A DNA stretch of 64,000 nt from Candidatus Latescibacterota bacterium (GTDB lineage: Bacteria > Latescibacterota > UBA2968 > UBA8231). The position numbers and the translations under genes were made by a program. Below the pieces are notes generated by a model that worked only from the letters and a program-made list of their open reading frames with translations, did not search any database and had not been told where the DNA came from. The stretch's first letter is position 1. Every line of letters starts with the position of its first letter. Below are positions 1 through 10,106 of this stretch, piece by piece. The stretch covers positions 3,648,001 through 3,712,000 of the forward strand of contig CBDFJF010000002.1 of NCBI GenBank assembly GCA_965248265.1, given 5' to 3'.

Positions 1-1195
1 TACCGTTGATGATTCCCACCCTGTCCGAGGTCCGGTAGCGCTTGCCGCCCTGTGGCATGACCAGGAACGTATCCCCGAGCAAGACGTCGAGCAGGTAACC
101 GTCGAGCAGTCGGTCGGCCAGTCCCTGGCGTTGAATCTCCTGCACCAGCGGCAGAAACCAGAACTGGTGGCAGTGAACATTACCGTCGCTGATCTCGAAT
201 CCATCGTGTAGCGTCGCAGCGTCGTCGGTTGCCAGTGGATCGAAGGCGTGCCAGGCGGCATCATGTCGTTCACACAGCTGCCGAGCGTAGCGTGCCTCCC
301 TCTCGTACCAGCTGCAATGCACGACGGGCAGTCCGGGTTGATTCTGCGAGGCCGCCGCAAGGAGAGTACGGGAATCCAAACCACCACTGAGCGGCACGCC
401 GATCTTCTCGACGCCATCCATGCAACGGTCGACTGCCCCCTGCAGCAAACTTCCCCCCTCTTCCAGCAGTTGATCCCTGGGCGTATCACTCGATGAAACG
501 AAATCAAAGTGATAGTCCCAGTACTGACGTTGCTGAAATCCGTTCGGCGACACCTCGATCACGCTGGCGTTGCCGACAAGGGTGATCCCTTCGAACAGTG
601 ACCGTGTGCCACTGACATAGGCGAAATTGAACAGGTCGCACAAGGCGATGCGGTCCGCCCGAATCACGTACCCCTCGGTCGCGACCAGGGCTTTGACCTC
701 GGTAGCAAAGGCCAGCATGTCATCCGTGCGCCGGATGTAGAGATGCCGGGCACCGTTGCGGCAGTTGAACAGCTTCAGCAACCTGCTGTCTTCATCATAG
801 AGACAAATGTTGAACAGCCCCTTGAGCTCAGAGACCAGGTCATCGCTCCGGCTTTGGTAGGACGCACGCACCAGCTCCTCATCACGCCAGGAGCCGTCGA
901 CAGAACCAGAACTCCCAAGTCGTGCAGCGATCTCCCGGCCATTGGTCAGGTACCCGTCGATGACGACCCTTATTCGCTCCGAGCCAGCGGACCTGTCACC
1001 GTCTGTGGTCTTGGCTTGACAGCATTCCGTCGTCGGTGCAAAGCGATAGTGGGTCACGCCAAAATGCTCGTCGGCGAAGGAAGTGCTGGTGTGCGGGTGA
1101 CGTACCTGGATGGTCGCGGTCATGGCCCCGACCGCCTCGCCGACGCGCTCCACGCTCCTGGGTGAGTGAAAATAGCAGCCGTAAAGTCCAGGCAT
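1..1195 (-). CDS. Asparagine synthase-like (AsnB-family) ATP pyrophosphatase lacking the N-terminal Cys; 3' end runs off the window
   Basis: Not in the ORF track; translated by hand from ATG 1195: MPGLYGCYFHS...LKGLFNICLYDE...LAFATEVKAL...QYWD...GVPLSGGLDSRTLLA. Open to the window edge; starts 2 nt after the stop of the M55 gene. Confidence 0.85.
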   Translation of the reverse strand, partial: MPGLYGCYFHSPRSVERVGEAVGAMTATIQVRHPHTSTSFADEHFGVTHYRFAPTTECCQAKTTDGDRSAGSERIRVVIDGYLTNGREIAARLGSSGSVDGSWRDEELVRASYQSRSDDLVSELKGLFNICLYDEDSRLLKLFNCRNGARHLYIRRTDDMLAFATEVKALVATEGYVIRADRIALCDLFNFAYVSGTRSLFEGITLVGNASVIEVSPNGFQQRQYWDYHFDFVSSSDTPRDQLLEEGGSLLQGAVDRCMDGVEKIGVPLSGGLDSRTLLAAASQNQPGLPVVHCSWYEREARYARQLCERHDAAWHAFDPLATDDAATLHDGFEISDGNVHCHQFWFLPLVQEIQRQGLADRLLDGYLLDVLLGDTFLVMPQGGKRYRTSDRVGIING

Positions 1196-1197
1196 CC

Positions 1198-2028
1198 TCA
1201 TCCGGCTCCGATGAACTCATTCCACAGCGATGCCAGATCAGCTCCGCTCAGAACCGTTCTCCTGAGTCCGCGCACTCGTACCTGCCGTCGGCGTCGGCGG
1301 CGCAGCAAGCGCTTGAGAGGAACGCGCCAGGAGTATCTGAAGTAGTATTCCACTTCGAGAACAACGGGAGTGCTCAACGACAGGGCACTGATTTCTCCGA
1401 TTCTTCCCAGGCTCTGGCGCACTCCGCTCTCGATCGCGGTGCAGGCTTCAGTCGCCGGCATGCTCAGGCAGGACTGGCGTGACAGCCCCTGCTTGACCGC
1501 GACCGTCGTGACCTGCGGCAGCCAGTCTTCGGCCTCTGCCACGGCGGCATCGTCGCCGCTGACGAAAACTGAGGGAACGCCGAAACTGGATGCCATGCCC
1601 GCAACCAGCGCGATCTCCCCTGCATCGCGGCCATTGATCGCAACCCGCTTGATACGCTGCCGGCTGTAGGTGTGACACAGGTGACCTGCTGGCGTGGCCA
1701 CCATCGCATGCTGCCCGACCATGACTACGGCCGCGAAGCCATCATCCAACATCGGCAACCACGAAGTCCGGCCTTTGCCATGGATGACGCGTGCCGGAGG
1801 ATCCAACAGATCCATGGGGAGCGATTCTCCACTGCTGTGATTGTCCAGTACGACGACCTCCTCGGCTCCGGCGCTCACGGCGCCGCGCACGGCCGCATTC
1901 ACCTCACCTGCCCACAAGCGCAGAAAACGATTCCGGCGCTCAACATCCCCTGGAATGTCAGGAGAGAACACGTCGAAACCGCTGACACCGCTGACGCCTT
2001 CGAGATCGGCTACGACATAGACCTTCAC
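1198..2028 (-). CDS. Peptidase M55 family (DppA-like D-aminopeptidase)
   Basis: MKVYVVADLEGVSGV, DNH, GQHA, LCHT, GEIAL, VSGDDA motifs match M55 zinc ligands and fold; GTGA overlap with upstream gene. Confidence 0.9.
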   Translation of the reverse strand: MKVYVVADLEGVSGVSGFDVFSPDIPGDVERRNRFLRLWAGEVNAAVRGAVSAGAEEVVVLDNHSSGESLPMDLLDPPARVIHGKGRTSWLPMLDDGFAAVVMVGQHAMVATPAGHLCHTYSRQRIKRVAINGRDAGEIALVAGMASSFGVPSVFVSGDDAAVAEAEDWLPQVTTVAVKQGLSRQSCLSMPATEACTAIESGVRQSLGRIGEISALSLSTPVVLEVEYYFRYSWRVPLKRLLRRRRRRQVRVRGLRRTVLSGADLASLWNEFIGAG

Positions 2029-2999
2029 GACGACGCCGGCTCGCCTTCAGGAGGATAGGTGTGTCCGTACCATTCCGTGAACTGGGAATAGGTCGGAGAC
2101 CAGCAATCGTCGCTCAGTTCAGCGACGAAGGAGATGAAACGTTCGAACTGGATCGGTTCGATATCCTTGGGGTCGAGGTAAATGTTGGTGATGGCACCAA
2201 ATTCCACAGCGCGGAGGAGCCGGTCCTGCAACAGGTCGAAAAAATCGTCGCGGTGCCAACCTCCTCTGGCATACTTTGCGTGCCAGGTGTCGAGGGAGGC
2301 AAAGGGATGCTGCGGACAGGTGGTAACGGGAATCTCCAGGACTCCCCCTTTCCATACAGGCAGTCCGAATTGCTCACCCCGGGCCGCCAACATGGAAGTA
2401 GAATATTTCAGTTGCTCGGATTCGAGAATGTCGTACAGATCCGCTGGATCAACGTTGCCGAAGTGGGGGGCACGAAACCCGCGAGCCTGTTGTCCAAGCA
2501 CTTCGAGGATGACGCGCTGACATTCAACCACCTCGTGTGCTTTCTCCTCCAGCGTCAACTCGCTCCAGCGTCTCTCTGTCAGATCATCTCGCACTGACAC
2601 GAACCGACCTGGGGCATTGACCAACTCCGGATGCGAGAACGAGTGGTTGAGTATCTCCTGATCATGTTCGAGTATCACACGATGTTCATCCGGATAGTCC
2701 GCCACCCACCTGCCGATACAGGCAAAACTGCCGCCTACCTCGTAGTCATGCATTAGTTCCAGCAGAGCGGGTAAAGCGAACACGTCTTCCGGAAAGTCGC
2801 AGTCGAATGACAGCAGCAGGCAGGAAGCACGGCCGTTCCAGCTGATACCGCTGTCCCGAAATGCACGATCCATCGTCGTGGCGAGCGGCCTGGCGACGAC
2901 CTGCCCCAGGAGTTGTACCGGGCGCGAACGCGATGCGAGCACTCTGTGCAGGATACGATCGATTACCATGCGACCGGGCTCACGCTCCTCGCTCTTCAA
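2025..2999 (-). CDS. Polysaccharide deacetylase (NodB/CE4-like)
   Basis: LSFDCD, EILNHSFSHP, GFRAP, LEIPVT motifs. Confidence 0.85.
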   Translation of the reverse strand: MKSEEREPGRMVIDRILHRVLASRSRPVQLLGQVVARPLATTMDRAFRDSGISWNGRASCLLLSFDCDFPEDVFALPALLELMHDYEVGGSFACIGRWVADYPDEHRVILEHDQEILNHSFSHPELVNAPGRFVSVRDDLTERRWSELTLEEKAHEVVECQRVILEVLGQQARGFRAPHFGNVDPADLYDILESEQLKYSTSMLAARGEQFGLPVWKGGVLEIPVTTCPQHPFASLDTWHAKYARGGWHRDDFFDLLQDRLLRAVEFGAITNIYLDPKDIEPIQFERFISFVAELSDDCWSPTYSQFTEWYGHTYPPEGEPASS

Positions 3000-4909
3000 T
3001 CCACTTCACTCAGAGGAGTGTCTGGCTGAAGTGGATCTCCATCGTCTAGGTACATACGGCACCACAACTCAAGACACATCAAACTCCAGACCTGTTGCGC
3101 CTGTCGCGATCCGAAATGTTTCCAGTGTTCCAGCAAGCCGGACACGTACGCCGGCTCGAACCACCCACGGTGGCGCACACTCTGCGGGGACAGAATGCGT
3201 CGGATATCGTCTTCGATTCCAGAACGGGTCCAGTAGGCGAACGGAACAGCCAGGCCCTGCTTGGTCCGCGACACGATCTGCTGCGGGACATATTTGCCCA
3301 GTGCCCGCTTCAACAGCCACTTCTCGTTGCCGCCTCGAATTTTCAATCGATGACTGACCGACAAGGCGAGCTCTGAAACCCGATGATCAAGAAAGGGTGT
3401 GCGCCCCTCCAGCGATACGGCCATCGTCATGCGATCTGTGCGGGCCAACATGCACTCTGGGAGTCGCAGCTTGGCATCGCACAGGAGCATCCTGTCCATG
3501 TCGCTGCCATTGCCTCGTCCGGCAACACGAGAATACAGTTCGACAGCTGCCCCGGACCTGCTCAAATCGCGAAACTCGGCTGCGTACAGGCGCTCTCGTT
3601 CCCCATCATCGAACGAACTCACCCAGCGAACCAGTCGTTCGGGAAAGCTGACCTGCCCCATCTCACTGGCTCGAAGGAAGTTCTCTCCGAGCAGGCGCTG
3701 CGGCAGCATCGCTGTGACGGAGTGTGCAAACCGGCGGATAGACAACGGCACCTTCGCGTATCGCTGGAAATAGCGATCGGTGCGAAACCGGGTGTATCCG
3801 CCGAACAGCTCATCAGCCCCTTCGCCCGTCAGCACGACCTTCACGTGACGGCGGGCCAGTTGGGAAACCTCGTAGGTCGGCACGATAATGGGATCGGCAA
3901 AGGGTTCGTCGAAATGGTGCAGCAGACGTGGCAACGCCTGGACACTGCTCGCCGTGCAATCCACTTCGTAGTGCTCGGTGTCGTGAGCTTCAGCGACCTG
4001 GCGCGCGAACCCTGTCTCATCTACCCGCTCCTCCTCGCTGAAGCCGATAGAGAACGTCTTCACTGGTTGCTCAGAGACGCTGCGCATCAGTCCGACGATC
4101 GCACTCGAATCCAGGCCGCCACTCAGAAACGCTCCCAGGGGAACTTCGCTCATCAACCGCATGCGCACGGCATCCCTGAGAAGATCTTGCAGTTGCGCCT
4201 CGATCTCATCAGTGGAACCGAGATCTTGTGGTTGCGGCTGCCAGTACTCGTCGATCACCGGGGCATCGCCGCTCAGAGAGAACCTCAAACGATGTCCCGG
4301 AAGAAGCTTTCCAATCCCCTCGAACATGGTCGTATCGGCCGGCAGATATCTCAGACTGAGGAAGAGGTCGAGTCCGCGGGTGTTCAGCTTCTTCGGAATC
4401 ATGTCCACGGCAAGTATCGATTTGAGCTCCGAGCCGAATATCAGCGTGCCCTCGTGAATCCCGTAGTACAACGGCTTGATTCCCATCCGGTCCCGCGCCA
4501 GCATGGCAATCTGCGCCCGTCGATCCCAGATCGCGAACGCAAACATGCCGTTGAGATGATCCACACAGGCCTCTCCGTACTCTTCATACAGATGAGCAAT
4601 GACCTCGGTGTCGGACGAAGTGCTGAAGGAGTGTCCTCGCTGTTCCAGACCTGATCTCAACTCCGAGTGGTTGTAGATCTCGCCGTTGAAAACGACGCCG
4701 ACAGATCCGTCCTCGTTGTAGATCGGCTGGTGGCCACCTGCCAGGTCGATAATGCTGAGACGGACGTTGAACAACCCGACTCCCGCCTCAACATGGTACC
4801 CCACGTCGTCGGGTCCTCGGTGACGCAGGACATGGGCCATGCGCTCAAGGAGATCCCTACCGCTTTCGGGTGCTATGTGCGCGCCGATGATGCCGCCGAT
4901 TCCACACAT
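2996..4909 (-). CDS. asnB: Asparagine synthase (glutamine-hydrolysing)-type amidotransferase
   Basis: Start set at MCGIGG (ATG 4909); HRGPDD, FNGEIYN, LSGGLDSS, GEGADELFGGY, SLEGRTPFLD. Confidence 0.93.
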   Translation of the reverse strand: MCGIGGIIGAHIAPESGRDLLERMAHVLRHRGPDDVGYHVEAGVGLFNVRLSIIDLAGGHQPIYNEDGSVGVVFNGEIYNHSELRSGLEQRGHSFSTSSDTEVIAHLYEEYGEACVDHLNGMFAFAIWDRRAQIAMLARDRMGIKPLYYGIHEGTLIFGSELKSILAVDMIPKKLNTRGLDLFLSLRYLPADTTMFEGIGKLLPGHRLRFSLSGDAPVIDEYWQPQPQDLGSTDEIEAQLQDLLRDAVRMRLMSEVPLGAFLSGGLDSSAIVGLMRSVSEQPVKTFSIGFSEEERVDETGFARQVAEAHDTEHYEVDCTASSVQALPRLLHHFDEPFADPIIVPTYEVSQLARRHVKVVLTGEGADELFGGYTRFRTDRYFQRYAKVPLSIRRFAHSVTAMLPQRLLGENFLRASEMGQVSFPERLVRWVSSFDDGERERLYAAEFRDLSRSGAAVELYSRVAGRGNGSDMDRMLLCDAKLRLPECMLARTDRMTMAVSLEGRTPFLDHRVSELALSVSHRLKIRGGNEKWLLKRALGKYVPQQIVSRTKQGLAVPFAYWTRSGIEDDIRRILSPQSVRHRGWFEPAYVSGLLEHWKHFGSRQAQQVWSLMCLELWCRMYLDDGDPLQPDTPLSEVD

Positions 4910-4963
4910 GCTATGAGACCCTTTCACTGTGGCCGGAATTGGCGCCTGCCATGCACGTGGTGC

Positions 4964-6841
4964 TCACGCGTCGCCACGCTTGCGCAGCGAAAACAAGGCA
5001 TAGTAGCGGTCGTGGTACTCCAATTTGAGGAATCGCTTCCTGAACTCTTCGTGCAGAGGATCCTGGAAGTACTGCGGGTATCCGAGCCGTTGTCGGGACC
5101 CAGGGATATTGATCATCCGGGCGATGTGAGTGATCTCCAATTCTTGCAAATTGAGAAAGAGGCTCTGGGCATCCTGCCCGTCATAGGAGAGAACCGATTG
5201 ATGAGGGTGATCCCATAAGTATTCCCGATCGCAATAGTAGCCCTTGACGATCCCCTGAAGGAGCACGGTGGCGGTTTCGGGCAGGTTGTTGTTGATGTGC
5301 TGAAAAAGGCGGTAGTTGCTCTCATTGGTGCTGAGGAAATCATCTCTTGACTGAGAGCCAAAGACGACATCCGAAAACGCACTCGCGTGCAGATAACTCC
5401 CTGTCATATTCAAGACACACGAGGCCACGAATACAACCTTGAACAGGGCGCCCACGACTCGGATCCTATGGGAGGCCAGATGCTCTGCCACCAGGCCGCA
5501 CAAAACAGCCGCAAAGGCCAGCAGAGCGATACCATATCGAGGATTCATGTGCAGGAAGCGAATCAGAATCAGGTAATAGACGCAACAGAAACCGAGGAGG
5601 ACCATGACCCTTCTATCACGAGCGCACAGCACCAGGCCTGGTAATAGAGCCAGGAAGTAGCCCCCTACCGCGCGCTGAAGCGATGGCGGCTCGAAGGTCC
5701 ATCTCCACAGAGACAGAGAATGCCAATGTGATTGGAGCCATTCTACCGGCAGGAAGAGCGCGGAGAGGTAGTTCCCGACCGTAGATTGTTTCGGCCCGCC
5801 TGCCAGTAACCTGGGCGCGGTTCTGAACGGCTCCCCGTCGAAAAAACCATTCGCGAGGGGCCACACCGGATTGCTGGCAAAATAGAGTGCCCTCGCGTAC
5901 CACGGGGCGATCAGCAAACACGACAGACCCGTATACACACCAAGATCGACCATGCCTTGGCGAACGCCGTGCGTGCGGATGCCGACGAATCCGACCACGG
6001 CTGCACCCATCATCAAGGTTACCAGCCCCTGATGCTTGACCCCCATCGCCAACCCAGTCAGGATGGCAGCCAGCACGAGAGCACCGTGGGTCCGCGAACG
6101 CGTCCAGCGCAGGACCGCCCACAGGGCACAGAACTGAAAAAAACACAATCCCAGATCGACGTAGGCCTGCCTTCCGAATCCCACGACCAACGGAACGAAA
6201 CTGAAGATGGAGGCCGCCCACACACCCGCCTTCGCGCAAAAGAAGCTGCGGCCGAACCCAACGATGGCGACGCATGTCAGAACGGCCATCGTCAGGTGTA
6301 TCGTCTGCGCCACGGTGCCGTTGCCGAGGGCGATAGCGACTGCGTAGAGCAAGCCCATGTTGTTAGGATAGAGCGTGCCGTTGACAGTCGGCGCGAAACT
6401 CAATGCGTGCTCACGCAGGAAAATCTTCGGCAACGCGAGGTGGTACGCCAGCGGGTCCGTGGCGCCATGCGGGGGCGCCAATGCACCAACCCAATTCAGA
6501 ATCATCGCCAACATGGCGACGACGATGACCCAGAAATAGACAGAGGACGAAAAGACAGGCTGGGTCTTCAGCCAGGAAATGAACTCCAGCAAGGCTCGAT
6601 AGAATACCGGGACTCCGGTTACAAACCAGAGAATCGTCGCGGCGGCCACGACCTGCGGGTACAACAGCGACGACAACCCCAACATCAATATGATGAGGAT
6701 CAGCGCCCCGAATCCTAGAGCCACTGAGAAACAACCGGCTTCCAATCGATCACTGCTGCCCTTGTCGATCAAGCCCAGCAGACGCGAACCTGCGCCAAAG
6801 GCGCCGACCACCAGCAACAGTGTGATAATGGTCTCCGTCAC
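4964..6841 (-). CDS. Multi-pass GT-C glycosyltransferase (ArnT/PMT-like)
   Basis: Many hydrophobic helices; D-x-L-x-YHL-x-LP loop motif (TDPLAYHLALPK), YVDL, PWY, NPVWP, RY; GTG 6841 follows a G/A-rich RBS. Confidence 0.8.
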   Translation of the reverse strand: MTETIITLLLVVGAFGAGSRLLGLIDKGSSDRLEAGCFSVALGFGALILIILMLGLSSLLYPQVVAAATILWFVTGVPVFYRALLEFISWLKTQPVFSSSVYFWVIVVAMLAMILNWVGALAPPHGATDPLAYHLALPKIFLREHALSFAPTVNGTLYPNNMGLLYAVAIALGNGTVAQTIHLTMAVLTCVAIVGFGRSFFCAKAGVWAASIFSFVPLVVGFGRQAYVDLGLCFFQFCALWAVLRWTRSRTHGALVLAAILTGLAMGVKHQGLVTLMMGAAVVGFVGIRTHGVRQGMVDLGVYTGLSCLLIAPWYARALYFASNPVWPLANGFFDGEPFRTAPRLLAGGPKQSTVGNYLSALFLPVEWLQSHWHSLSLWRWTFEPPSLQRAVGGYFLALLPGLVLCARDRRVMVLLGFCCVYYLILIRFLHMNPRYGIALLAFAAVLCGLVAEHLASHRIRVVGALFKVVFVASCVLNMTGSYLHASAFSDVVFGSQSRDDFLSTNESNYRLFQHINNNLPETATVLLQGIVKGYYCDREYLWDHPHQSVLSYDGQDAQSLFLNLQELEITHIARMINIPGSRQRLGYPQYFQDPLHEEFRKRFLKLEYHDRYYALFSLRKRGDA

Positions 6842-6990
6842 GCTTCCCCTCCCCTCACCCAACTCCAGATCAACGCGAAAAACCCCATCTCTGCGTAGAA
6901 CAGATACAGAATAGCGATGCTCCAAAGCAAGACGGTGACGCTGGCTGTAAAACTCGCCATCTGGCGACCCGACGGAGGCATACTTGTCAC
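6838..6990 (-). CDS. Small (50 aa) membrane protein
   Basis: GTG 6990 overlaps the asnB TGA (GTGA) and its own TGA overlaps the GT-C GTG (GTGA); hydrophobic ASVTVLLWSIAILYLFY...FFALIWSW. Confidence 0.65.
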   Translation of the reverse strand: MTSMPPSGRQMASFTASVTVLLWSIAILYLFYAEMGFFALIWSWVRGGEA

Positions 6991-8870
6991 CCCTTGTCCG
7001 TCTGCTGGAGCCACATCTCCAGCACCAGCAACGCCCACAGCTGTTGGCTGTAGTCCCGTTTACCCGACATATGTCCGCTCACCATCATGGCTACGTATGC
7101 AGGGTTGAAAAGTCCCCTCTCCTTGAAGGTCTGTCCCAGAAGCAGATCTTCCATCCAGGGTCGCAACTCGTTCTTCAACCAGCTAGCAACGGGGACTGCA
7201 AACCCGTGCTTTCGGCGGTCGACGATGCTATCGGGCAGGTATCGGCGAGCAACGCTTCGCAACAGGTTCTTTCCACTCAAGCCGGTGAATTTTCGCTTGC
7301 GCGGAATTGTTGACATGAATTCAACCACGTCCTTATCCAGGAATGGCGCTCGCACTTCCAGGGAACACGCCATGCTCATGCGATCGACCTTGGTGAGGAT
7401 GTCATCGGGCAGGTAGGTCATCAGATCCAGCCACAGCATCGCTTGCGACCCGGCATGCTGTTGGCGCTCGTAGTAATCCTGGTAACTCGGCTTGAGATCC
7501 ACGCTCAACGAGGATCGGAATCCCGCATCGTAAAGCTGGCTCTTCTCATCTTCGGTGAAAAAGAAGGCCCAGCTTGTCGAAGGACTCTCACCCACCTTCT
7601 GCGCGAACTCCATGAAGCGGCGGACCTTCTTCCTCTTGCTGGCCCCGTAATACCCTGCTGGTTCGCCGATATGGCCCATGACAGACTCGAAACAGCGACG
7701 CCCCAGCCACGGCGGCCAACCGTTGTACAGGTTGACCCATTGTCGTGCCCGATAACGCCGGTATCCCCCGAACACTTCGTCTGCCCCATCGCCGCTTAGC
7801 GCGACCGTGACATGCTCTCGGGTCACTTTCGAAAGCTGGTACATCGGAATCGCTGAGGAATCCGCGAACGGTTCCCCGAAATGCCGGAGCATGGAGGGCA
7901 ATACCTGCTGGGCATCGTAGGTCACCCTCACCTCCGAGTGCTCCGTGTCGAGTTGATCCGCCACCTGGCGCGCGTACTGCAGCTCGTCGTACGAGGAGTC
8001 TTCGAAGCCAACGGACACGGTGCGAATGCGCTCGCCAGACATCTTCCTCATCAGCGCGACAACGAGGCTGGAATCGAGACCACCGCTGAGAAAAGCCCCC
8101 AACGGTACGTCAGCCACCAATCGCTTCTCCACGGCTTGCTGCAGCAATGCGTCGACGGCGTCCTCGGCATCTCCCCCATCCATTTCCCGTGGGACATACT
8201 CGACAGACCAGTAGCGAGTGCTCTCCAACCGGCCATTGCGATACAACGCCCAAGATCCAGCAGGGAGCTTTTTTGCTCCTTGATAAATTGTTCTTGGATG
8301 TGGGACGAACAAATAAGAGAGGTACTCGTCGATCGCGTTGTGATCGAGCGTGTCATCGACTGCTGGATCGCACAGCAAGGCTTGCAGCTCAGACCCGAAC
8401 GTCAACCCCTCGCCGGTCACAGCATAATACAGCGGCTTCTTGCCAACGGGGTCGCGGGCGAGGAAGAGTGTGCGCTCCCGGGTATTCCAGATGGCCACCG
8501 CAAACATACCCTGTAGCTGCCCTAGACACTTCGCACCCATTTCTTCAAAAAGATGGAGAACAACCTCTGTGTCGGAGGCGCTCTCAAGAGTGTGCCCACG
8601 ACTCAACAGTTGCTTGCGTAGCTCGCGATAGTTGTAAATCTCACCGTTGAAGACAATCCACAGGGTTCGGTCTTCATTGCACATCGGTTGATGCCCGCCG
8701 GCCAAATCGATGACTTTGAGCCGCCGCATACAGAGTCCCGCCTGACCCGAGGCAAAAAATCCCTCATCGTCGGGGCCCCGGTGAGCGATGCTCGCACACA
8801 TGCTCCGCAGCAACGCCTCGTCGACTTCGCACTCGGCGTTCGAATGAACCTTCCCAGCAATGCCACACAC
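6987..8870 (-). CDS. asnB: Asparagine synthase (glutamine-hydrolysing)-type amidotransferase
   Basis: GTG 8870 gives MCGIAG with AAGGAGG upstream; HRGPDD, FNGEIYN, LSGGLDSS, GDGADEVFGGY, SLEVRAPFLD. Confidence 0.93.
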   Translation of the reverse strand: MCGIAGKVHSNAECEVDEALLRSMCASIAHRGPDDEGFFASGQAGLCMRRLKVIDLAGGHQPMCNEDRTLWIVFNGEIYNYRELRKQLLSRGHTLESASDTEVVLHLFEEMGAKCLGQLQGMFAVAIWNTRERTLFLARDPVGKKPLYYAVTGEGLTFGSELQALLCDPAVDDTLDHNAIDEYLSYLFVPHPRTIYQGAKKLPAGSWALYRNGRLESTRYWSVEYVPREMDGGDAEDAVDALLQQAVEKRLVADVPLGAFLSGGLDSSLVVALMRKMSGERIRTVSVGFEDSSYDELQYARQVADQLDTEHSEVRVTYDAQQVLPSMLRHFGEPFADSSAIPMYQLSKVTREHVTVALSGDGADEVFGGYRRYRARQWVNLYNGWPPWLGRRCFESVMGHIGEPAGYYGASKRKKVRRFMEFAQKVGESPSTSWAFFFTEDEKSQLYDAGFRSSLSVDLKPSYQDYYERQQHAGSQAMLWLDLMTYLPDDILTKVDRMSMACSLEVRAPFLDKDVVEFMSTIPRKRKFTGLSGKNLLRSVARRYLPDSIVDRRKHGFAVPVASWLKNELRPWMEDLLLGQTFKERGLFNPAYVAMMVSGHMSGKRDYSQQLWALLVLEMWLQQTDKG

Positions 8871-8886
8871 CGCCGACGCAGCCTCC

Positions 8887-10104
8887 TTAAACCCTGGCCG
8901 TGACTTCGGCGTAGATACGGTCGGTCGCCTCTGCGGCAGCCTCCCATGTCCATCCCGATGTCTCGACACGCTCGCGCGCCGCCTTACCCATAGCCAGGAG
9001 CCGGTCTTTATCTCCCATCAGATCACGAATGGCCTCGGACAACCCGGCGCTGTCACCGGCGGCGACCAGGCGTCCGGTGATGCCGTCGGTGACGAGTTCA
9101 GGCACCCCTCCGACGCGGGAGGCGATTACGGGTCGCCCGCACGCCATAGCTTCAAGTACCACATTCGGACGCCCCTCGGAATGACTGGGCAGCACCAGCA
9201 GATCAGCCGCGTTAAGCCAATCAACCATCTCTTCACGAGGGCGTTGTCCGGCAAAGTGGACTCTTCTCAAGATCCCCCTTTCCCGAACCTGTTGCTCCAG
9301 CGACTCGCGCAGTGGGCCACCCCCGACCAGTACACACAACAGTTCCGGATCCTCTATCGTCTCGACCGCATTTAGCAGATTATCAACCCCCTTTACGGGG
9401 GCCAGCAAACCCAGAAACAGCACGATGAATCGGGCCTCCGGCAGGTCGAGCTTCAACCTCGCAGCCTCCTTCTCAAGCGGTCGGAATTCCTCTCCGACCC
9501 CATTGTAAACGACTCGAATCTTGGTGCTTTCGACCCCATGGGATTCCAACACACGCGCCAGGTCCTCGCTGACCGCAATGATGACATCCATCGAGCGCCA
9601 GATTCTACGACTTACCATCCCCATCAAACCACTGCTGAACAAGTGCACATCGCTGCCACGCACACTCAACACCACTGGCCGGCGGCAAACACGCGTCGCC
9701 AAGTATCCAATCAGCCCACAGATGGTCCAGTGACAATGGACGATCTGGGAGCGGCCAATTATCCGCAACGCGCGCAATAGGAAGCCCATCAGAAAGAACG
9801 GCACCAGTATTCGTGCCCAGAGACTGGATTTCAGATTGCTTGGGATACCGCCACCATATGCAAGGAGTTCGAGCCGGGCCGGCATTGCGTAGCGGAAACG
9901 CCGCACGACCACATCTCCCATCTGCTCCTGCACCGCCACTCCACTCGCGTGCGGCGCGATTACTTCCACTCCGAGACCACGCCGCGTGAGGTGTACGGCG
10001 AGGTCGAATATGAAACTGCCGAAAAGGTCGCCCCTGTAACGGGGAAACCCGGACGTCAACATGCACACCTTCAACCCGGCGTCGCCGACCTTGGGCATCG
10101 CCAC
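8887..10104 (-). CDS. Glycosyltransferase family 4 (GT-B)
   Basis: IVHCHW, AVSE, VYNGV, KGVD, PSHSEGRPNVVLEAMACGRPVIASRVGGVPE. Confidence 0.92.
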   Translation of the reverse strand: MAMPKVGDAGLKVCMLTSGFPRYRGDLFGSFIFDLAVHLTRRGLGVEVIAPHASGVAVQEQMGDVVVRRFRYAMPARLELLAYGGGIPSNLKSSLWARILVPFFLMGFLLRALRIIGRSQIVHCHWTICGLIGYLATRVCRRPVVLSVRGSDVHLFSSGLMGMVSRRIWRSMDVIIAVSEDLARVLESHGVESTKIRVVYNGVGEEFRPLEKEAARLKLDLPEARFIVLFLGLLAPVKGVDNLLNAVETIEDPELLCVLVGGGPLRESLEQQVRERGILRRVHFAGQRPREEMVDWLNAADLLVLPSHSEGRPNVVLEAMACGRPVIASRVGGVPELVTDGITGRLVAAGDSAGLSEAIRDLMGDKDRLLAMGKAARERVETSGWTWEAAAEATDRIYAEVTARV

Positions 10105-10106
10105 TC

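Noticed and set aside
1-8870. Lasso peptide or other RiPP cluster (AsnB-like enzymes plus peptidase)
   Set aside because: No B1/B2 (RRE/transglutaminase) genes or plausible precursor; context is glycosyltransferases
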